This document shows, piece by piece, positions 55,509 to 64,000 of a DNA stretch of 64,000 nucleotides; position 1 is the first letter of the stretch, and every line of letters begins with the position of its first letter. The DNA comes from Eledone cirrhosa (taxonomy: Eukaryota). Made by a program: the position numbers and the translations under genes. The notes below the pieces were generated by a model. That model saw only the letters and a list, made by a program, of their open reading frames with translations, was not told the DNA's origin and ran no database searches. The DNA is taken from assembly GCA_964016885.1 (NCBI GenBank), contig OZ024743.1, positions 193,936,001 through 194,000,000 on the forward strand, written 5' to 3'.

Positions 55509-56614
55509 AAAATATTGGATTCTCCCATTCAGTTGCGTGTTTGTGATGAGTCGAAAATATTTAATTAATTGAAATTGAAATGCTGACGAGAAAAATATAC
55601 GTCTTAAGCGTAAATGAAAATTATTCTCATAAAGGTCAACGAGATAAATCCTGAAATTACTAACAGACAAAAATGAAAAGAAAATATGCAGGCGATGTGG
55701 AGAAAGATTTTGATCATTGGTAGCCATTATGACAACTCTCGACAGGTTTTATACTGTTTATATAATCAGTTATATCTATGTTGCCTTTCCTTTGATATGA
55801 TGTCATTGATATTGGCGTGTGTAGCTTCTTTTGCCATTCTCGTATTTCTTTAAAATATAATATGAATATTCGCTTGGAAAACAATCTTTTACTTACATAG
55901 CAGAGATACCTTTACTGGAGCTTAGTGTATTATTATATGCTTGACGGCTCTTTTTGAAGAAAAGTATCTAGCATCAACATACCTATCAACGAAAAAGAGT
56001 TAGAACAATAAGATTAGCAACAAAGATGTAAGAAATAATACTTATGTCGGTATGATTAAAAAAATATACATTGTTTCATTTTTTTAGGAGCTGCCTTTGA
56101 AAATTGGCACCACTAAGAGATAGTAACATGTAGATAACAACTATATATGATATACGACATATGAACCTGCCAGTTTCTTGTCGGTTTAGATTTGTCTACT
56201 GTTCTTTGTACTTATGAGATAAAAATCAACATTTATTTTTCATTCCGAAACAAAGTTCTTATAGAAAAAAACAAAAACAAAAACAAAAGAAAAAACAACA
56301 ATTGATTACTTTTCTGTTGGTGCTTCCTGAATAATTATCTATCTTCGGGTTAGAAATTCATTTATGAAATCAGAGTGATCCCTTGTGGTTTCTGAAACTG
56401 TTTTCATAGAAATAACATTATAGCTTGTAGCCACCTTTTTTTCCTTCCTTTCGTATAACATATCATCAAGATGATCGTCGTTTTAATTAAACATATCTTC
56501 TATCAACATTTGGCCCAATAGCTCATCCACTTCAACAATAAACAGGCAATTTTCTGTCTTATGAAAACTTTAAACATTACATTTACGATTTTCTTTAGCT
56601 ATGACCAACAGCAA

Positions 56615-56680
<66 letters not shown>

Positions 56681-57516
56681 CACAACGCCCACTAACACCA
56701 CCAGAGGGATACACGAGTTGAAAATATCTCTGGTGAAACACGTATCCTCATTTGTATGTATATATCCAACTTACTAGGCTATATTTCATGGCAAAAAACG
56801 TGCGTTGAAGTTGTTAACTCTAAGTTACTCTACGTATAGATATATAGGGTAGGAGCATAATGTTTGAGGGGTGAAATAAGCATGATGTGTATATATATTA
56901 AAAGGGTCTCACATTCTGAATCTGGGGAATAGCGAATATGCCCAATGAACTGAGTTTTCGAAGTGAATGTTCAGACGATGGAAAGCCAACAAGGGACAGA
57001 ACTCCGATAGTCTGAGCTGATACAAGCTTTCGGAACAAATTTACACGAAGCAGTGGAGTGAGCATTTTTTTAGAATAAAGGTTTGCATATTTTTGGAAAT
57101 AATCGCGCGTCAACATGCATATATGTATATTTGCATATATATAGAGATAAAATGTTACATCTCCAACTGTAAAAATTCTCCCCCTTACTTATTTCTCCTG
57201 GTATGAACACTTCTAAAGGGTAAAGAGAATTTTGGGCGTGAGGCTGCGTGGACAGTCTCAGATGAATTAAATTTTGTTTCAATTTTCCAATTCGCGATAT
57301 TCAGAATGCTAGATTCTCTTAGGATATCTACACGCACACACACATACATAGACACACATATATATATGTATATATATATATTTATACATCTCTCCCTCTC
57401 TCTCTCACATACACGCGCACACACACACACTTACACACACACACTTACACACACACATATATGTATATATATAGTATATAGTATATATTATATATATATA
57501 TATTTATATATATATA

Positions 57517-57551
<35 letters not shown>

Positions 57552-59769
57552 ACATTTATGAAAAGGTATGGTTTTTCTAAATGTGGAGAATAATTCCAGA
57601 AAGATGTTCCGTTTAAACTTTAATGTAAAATGTTAATGTTATTCTGCACAATATAAAATATTCATAAAGTTAAAGGTGTTACAGTCATGAAATAATTTCC
57701 GTTTGATGCTCTATCTCTCAGTTTTTGTCATTTATTTCCTTCTTTCTTCCTTATTTTTCATCTTTCCTCGCCTCCTTCTTTCTTCCTTTATATCATTTTC
57801 TATTCCAACTCCATTTGCGTTTTGTTTTTCTTTCTTTCTCCCACTCCACTCTAACTAATTCTGGATAGTCACGTAGCAGTTTTGTTTCGCTCTACATGGA
57901 AAGTCGCATGGAGTGACTCAACTCCGATCTATAACTGCACCTATTTTACAAACCCATATTTGACGTTGGAAAGCCTATGTTGAACATTGATATTTTTTCT
58001 TTACATCTTTAGGTGGATATCAAAGATTGCATTAATTATAAATGACTTAGAGGTGTAAAAAGTTATAAATATATCTAAGATAAACACTAGTTTTTTGTTT
58101 TGAAATATTTGTTTTACTATGCAAAACACTCAATGAATAAAACTACGAATGTTAAGATGCTGTCAGATATTCCAGATATGTATTAACAGAGAAAGTTGAT
58201 AGACAACAACTCGTCTAACGTCCTAAATCAGTTAAGCTCCATGTTTTGGAAAAGAAGGAAATGTGTTTGTGAATGGATATATTGTCGAATACAATAGTGT
58301 CTCCGGTGATTACTATTATTTTTAAATTTCTTATTGTAGTTTTTATTTTTATAAAATGGACGGTGTAGAAATTATATTTGTTTCTTCTGTGTCTATTTTT
58401 GAAGGAAAGAGCTGAAAGTAGCAACAAGTTTCAACAGAAATGTAATTATCCATGATTGAGCGAGAAAGTGAGGCGACGACATAAGATTAGTTAATATTTC
58501 TGCTTCCGGCTGAAGCAGATAATATATCAATTGTTGAGAGATTTGAAGATAATAAATATTCCCTGCACTGTTAGCCTAAGTCAAATAGCTTTAACCTCTT
58601 GCTACTGGCTCAAGAAGTCGTCTTTCGGTCTGATCGGTGGCTATGACTGCCACTAGCCTATACTATACAAGCAATTGCTGCTTACTTATTGTTGTAGTAC
58701 AACAATAAAACTACTTCAACAGAAAACTTGTATAGACTGTTAGTCGCCATGTATATATGAACATGTTGAATATAACTTTGTATATATTGCATTGTCTGGA
58801 ATACAGCTATTTACATAAGCTGTAAAGATCTATAATTTTGTCTTAACTACGAAATAGATAATTTTATTGTGTCGCTTATTTCAGTGCTAATGTAGTTCTA
58901 AGTACATTTATTTAAATTATAAAATATCTTGTTTCATTAAAGATTTACACATAATTCCATTGACATGCTTGAAAAACAGAATGCTACTTTATGTTCGTGG
59001 TGAAAGTTTGTACATCTGCTGAGTCATATCACAATCGGAATGACATACTATACGTGAATGTTATTTTATTTCCAGTCTTCAGGTTTTACTTGTTTGAACT
59101 AATCTTATCCAATTCATTCAAGAAGCACGATCCCTACATACCTCGTTTGGTGGTTTGTTCAATATATTCTGTTGGTAGTTAATTAAGATATATATTAATT
59201 ACTATCCGAAGCAGCCGAAGTATATGATAACGTTATAAAATTAGTAAGTCCATTTCAGGATACTAGTACCAGTGATTAAGTATTTAAGCCCCAGTTAAAG
59301 GTGTTTATCAATTTACAGGGACATACTTATATTTATAGGCGGAGTTGTGGTTGTGTGGTTTAGAAGTTTGCTTCTAAAGTATGTAGTCCAAGGTTCGTCC
59401 CCACTGCCTTGGGAGTGAAATGATGGGTCACTGTGTAAGCCTGTCGTATGTGTTTGTCTACGTCTAATCTTTCAAAAGTCGGATAGTGTGTTTTGCAGTA
59501 TTCGTTCCGACTCTGAAATCTCTGAGTTCAAATTTCACTGTGGTCAGCTTTGCCTTTAATCCATTTAAGGTCGATAGAATGTATCAGTCAAGTATTGGAA
59601 TCGATGCTTCCACTATATCTCTTTCTCCCTTTCTTTCTTTTACTGGCTATCCTTCTCTGTATTCAAACCTGGAGAGGAGATGGGCTCAGTCGGGATTAAA
59701 AACGCCGTAGAAACGCCGCATGTAAATATGGTGTCTCTACGAATATACTAAAATAGTGTTGTAGAAAAG

Positions 59770-60255
59770 AAGAATAACAAAGTATGTACTGAGGATATTG
59801 ATTCACCATTTAGTGCGACCATTTATCGTGGCTAGAAAACCTAACATTATTGTCGTAGAAAATAAGAATAACAAGGCAATTATTGTGGATATTACTTCAC
59901 TGTGGAACCACATGGTGAATGAGAAGTAAAGTGAGAAATTTGAGAAATACCAGGAACTAAAGAGAGAAATGAGGAGACTGTGGAGAATGAGACACGTTGA
60001 AGTTATGGTTGGCGCGCTGGAAGGTGTTAGTAGAAGGTTGGATGCATGGATTGAGAAGCTAGGAATTATCATCAGGACAGGCTCGTTGCAGAAAACAGCC
60101 TTGCTGGGAACTGCAAGAATTCTAAGAAAGGCGTTGGACAGTTGAAGGAGAAGGAATGACCCAGATGACCTTTAGCCATTGGCTATGGCTTCCTCTTTTG
60201 GTATAACGTCAGTATAACGTCTCCCAGAACAAAAGCGTTACTACTACAACTAATA
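59770..60255 (+). mobile_element. R4/Dong-like RLE non-LTR retrotransposon 3' end
   Basis: Plus frame ARKPNIIVV..AIIVDI...EKFEKYQELKREMRRLW..VMVGALEGV....LQKTALLGTARILRKAL*, then a short 3' UTR and a (CTA/TAA)n tail. Confidence 0.85.
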
Positions 60256-60640
60256 ATGGTTTCTGATTTAGACACAAGGCAAACAATTTGAAGGGAAGGG
60301 GAAGTCAATTAAAATGAGCCCAATGCGTTACTGGTAATTTATTTTAACCTAGGCGGGATTTGAACTCAGAATGTAAAGAACAAAGGCGTGTCTGACGCTC
60401 TAATTATTCTGCCAAACTACAGTCCTTGATGATAATGGTTTCTAATTTAGGCACAAGTCAGCAATTTGTTGGCAGGAAATAATCGATAAAATCGACCCCA
60501 GTACTGAACTGGTACTTTAAGTGTATCCACCTAGGAAGGATGCGAGGCAAAGTTGACCTCAGCGGGATTTGAACTCCTACCGTAATGGACCGTAACCAAA
60601 GCATTTTGTCCGACGTTTTAACGATTCTGCCAATCCGATT
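60255..60640 (-). mobile_element. Two tandem SINE copies
   Basis: Family motifs present. Confidence 0.75.
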
Positions 60641-60914
60641 AAATTAAAGATATTATATTACATACAGGTGTTATATTTTTTCGATCCGCAACTGTCGTGA
60701 AAGAAGTAGAAGATTATGACGAGGTTGGGGTTCGGGGAAGAAATGAATAAAGACCAGGTTCAACGTAAGAAAGACTTAGAACCAGAAGAGAGCGAGAACC
60801 ATAAAATCATTTAATCTAGTGAGATACTGTTTCTAACAGCTCACAGCTATATTAATAATAAATAATGACAAGGAGTGGGGAGAATAGAAGGAGAAGAAGA
60901 GTTTGGCCGAAGGG

Positions 60915-61950
60915 TCAGTTAAATTTGTAAGCTAATTCACCTCTAGGGGTTGTATTGATGAACATTACAACCTTGTATTTATTGCTATCATACCATGAGT
61001 TTATTCTATGAACCTTATTCCTAGTTCTTTCTATTCTATTCCAAAATTTACTCCTATACAAGGGGCAGGTCCCATTTGTATCATTATTTACAATTTTTTC
61101 CCATTTGGTTCTGGCTCCTCTATATACTCTGATTTTATGTCTCTGATTGTAACCAGAAAACTGCATACGGTGGATGAAGTGTTGTATGAAGAGCCCTAGA
61201 AAAACATTAATATTAAGATAGTAGAAAGACCAGGTACCTCCATAAAAACACTTATTAGCAATACATACCCTTTTCAAAGACCTCCCTGTATAGATAAGAA
61301 ATGCATAATATGTAAACTAAGCCCCCATATTAACTGTAAAACTAGAATTGTAGTATATAGCATAAGATATACTGAAGGGCAATGTAAAGATAAGAATATA
61401 GTGTACATAGGTGAGACAGCTCGTAGTATAGGAGAACGGTTAAATGAACACTGGCGAGAACTTCAAGATAAAAAAGAATTATCAATACTCCACCAACTAA
61501 AATAGAACATAGGGGCAAATTAGAGAACATAGAAATAAAAATAGAATCTACAAACAGAAAAGATGCAATGTTTAGACAAATCACAGAGGCAATAAACATA
61601 AATGAACTCCAACCAAAATTAAATAGAAAACATGAATGGAATAACAACATCACAACTTACAATTAAGGACAAAATGAAAACACACACATAGAACAAACAA
61701 CCAACCAGTAACATGTAAATAAACAAATAAATAAACAAATAAAAACACACACAGACACCCGGATGTAACACATGCGCAAACTAAGCACACAACACACCCA
61801 AAAACAAGATGGCGTAGGACAGAACAAAGGAGAGACACAAAACAGAAAAGAATCCCCAGTCACTGAAGAGGTCACATAATGTGTGACGAAAGAACTTTGA
61901 CAATATATGAACAACCGTCCGGTTATGGAACCAACCAACCAACCAACCTG
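60915..61950 (+). mobile_element. Truncated PLE of a second lineage with 5' inversion
   Basis: Plus strand 61190-61665: IKIVERPG..YPF..PC..KKC..C..NCKTRIVVY..VYIGETARSIGERLNEH..RQITEAINI..PKLNRKHEW (GIY-YIG). Minus strand 60915-61190: HFIHRMQFSGY..PLYRSKFW..VMFINTTPRGELA (upstream thumb/linker). Confidence 0.85.
61859..61901 (+). ncRNA. Minimal type I hammerhead motif downstream of GIY-YIG (family G)
   Basis: GUCA-CUGAAGA-G-GUCACAU aau GUGUGAC-GAAA-GAAC-UU-UGAC. Confidence 0.75.
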
Positions 61951-62070
61951 AAATTTATAAATTCTTAAATTTATAAATTTAATTTATAATAAATTGGAGT
62001 GAAAGCAACTGGTGCGTGTGTTTCTTATTGGCAACATGACCCTCCCAAAGCATAACAATATATATATATA

Positions 62071-62136
<66 letters not shown>

Positions 62137-62315
62137 ATGTATATATATATAAATATATATATATAAAGATATATATATATAAGCATAGATATATTTAATT
62201 TGCCGGGAATTCAACAAATTTATTTATTATAACAGATTCAAAGCACTGAACAGGTTTCCTGGAGTATAATATCAATAATATTAATAAATGGAAACTATAT
62301 TTATAAAACAATATT

Positions 62316-62379
62316 TATTTTATTATATATATTTCAAGGGTACCAAAAATATTTTGGTACGCTCTCATCAGATAAAATA
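62316..62379 (-). ncRNA. Type I hammerhead ribozyme motif (family A)
   Basis: UAUUUUAU-CUGAUGA-GAGCGUACCAAAA..UUUUGGUACCCUU-GAAA-UAUAUA-UA-AUAAAAUA. Confidence 0.75.
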
Positions 62380-62825
62380 CAAAATGTGTTTTATAAATAG
62401 TGACATACCCGATAAACCAGACCTTATACTATTTGGATAGTGAAAGAAAAAGAGAAAAATTTCAAATCTATAGGATGGATATGCAAATGAAGTAGGGTGC
62501 AAGTAGATTAGGGTGCCACATTTTTGGATTAGTATTCTACCACTTCAACACATTTTTAATTTTTAAATCTACTTGCACCCTAATAATAATGTTAGCCTAT
62601 TTTTCATTCTGCTTCTTCATCTTCTTCTTTTATAAAGTATTCTAATAATTATTTAAATTTACCTAGCGTCTACATATAACTATTTTTTCAGTCTACGCTT
62701 CTACTTCATTTGCATATCCATCCTAAAGATTTAAATATTTCTCTTTTTCTTTCACTATCCAAATAGAACCTGAACCAATAAGGTATGGTTTATCGGGTGT
62801 GTGACTATTTATAAAACACATTTTG

Positions 62826-62889
62826 TATTTTATCTGATGAGTGCGTACCAAAGTTTTTTTGGTACCCTTGAAATATATATAATAAAATA
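62826..62889 (+). ncRNA. Type I hammerhead ribozyme motif (family A)
   Basis: UAUUUUAU-CUGAUGA-GUGCGUACCAAAG..UUUUGGUACCCUU-GAAA-UAUAUA-UA-AUAAAAUA. Confidence 0.75.
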
Positions 62890-62962
62890 AATATGGTTTT
62901 ATAAATATAGTTTCCATTTATTAATATCATTGATAAAGATATATATGTATATATATATAAAG

Positions 62963-64000
<1,038 letters not shown>

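Larger units (their letters stand above)
62270..62935. mobile_element. Inverted pair of ~230-bp HHR-bearing arms (family A)
   Basis: 62270-62495 is the reverse complement of 62700-62935. Lies between (TA)n tracts. Confidence 0.85.

Overview
This is AT-rich, microsatellite-dense animal DNA. The repeat content suggests a coleoid cephalopod, probably an octopus (inference). I found no supportable host protein-coding exon, and almost all listed ORFs are microsatellite artefacts. The window is a retroelement landscape. It holds more than 25 copies of one tRNA-derived SINE with a Meta-domain-like core (some in head-to-tail arrays), RTE, R4-like (RLE) and Jockey/CR1-like LINE fragments, and a few MITEs. 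It also holds three Penelope-like element (PLE) coding remnants, including a near-complete RT+GIY-YIG element at 48.1-50.3 kb with inverted pseudo-LTRs. The main hidden signal, read by eye, is about 15 type I hammerhead ribozyme (HHR) motifs from about 8 unrelated sequence families. Most have short palindromic helix III loops, and many have an unusual U.U or A.A mismatch at the base of helix II. They sit in PLE pseudo-LTRs and in non-coding 664-bp and 420-bp tandem/inverted units (retrozyme-like), almost all embedded in (TA)n tracts. All structures were paired manually, none has been tested computationally or biochemically, and repeat boundaries are approximate.
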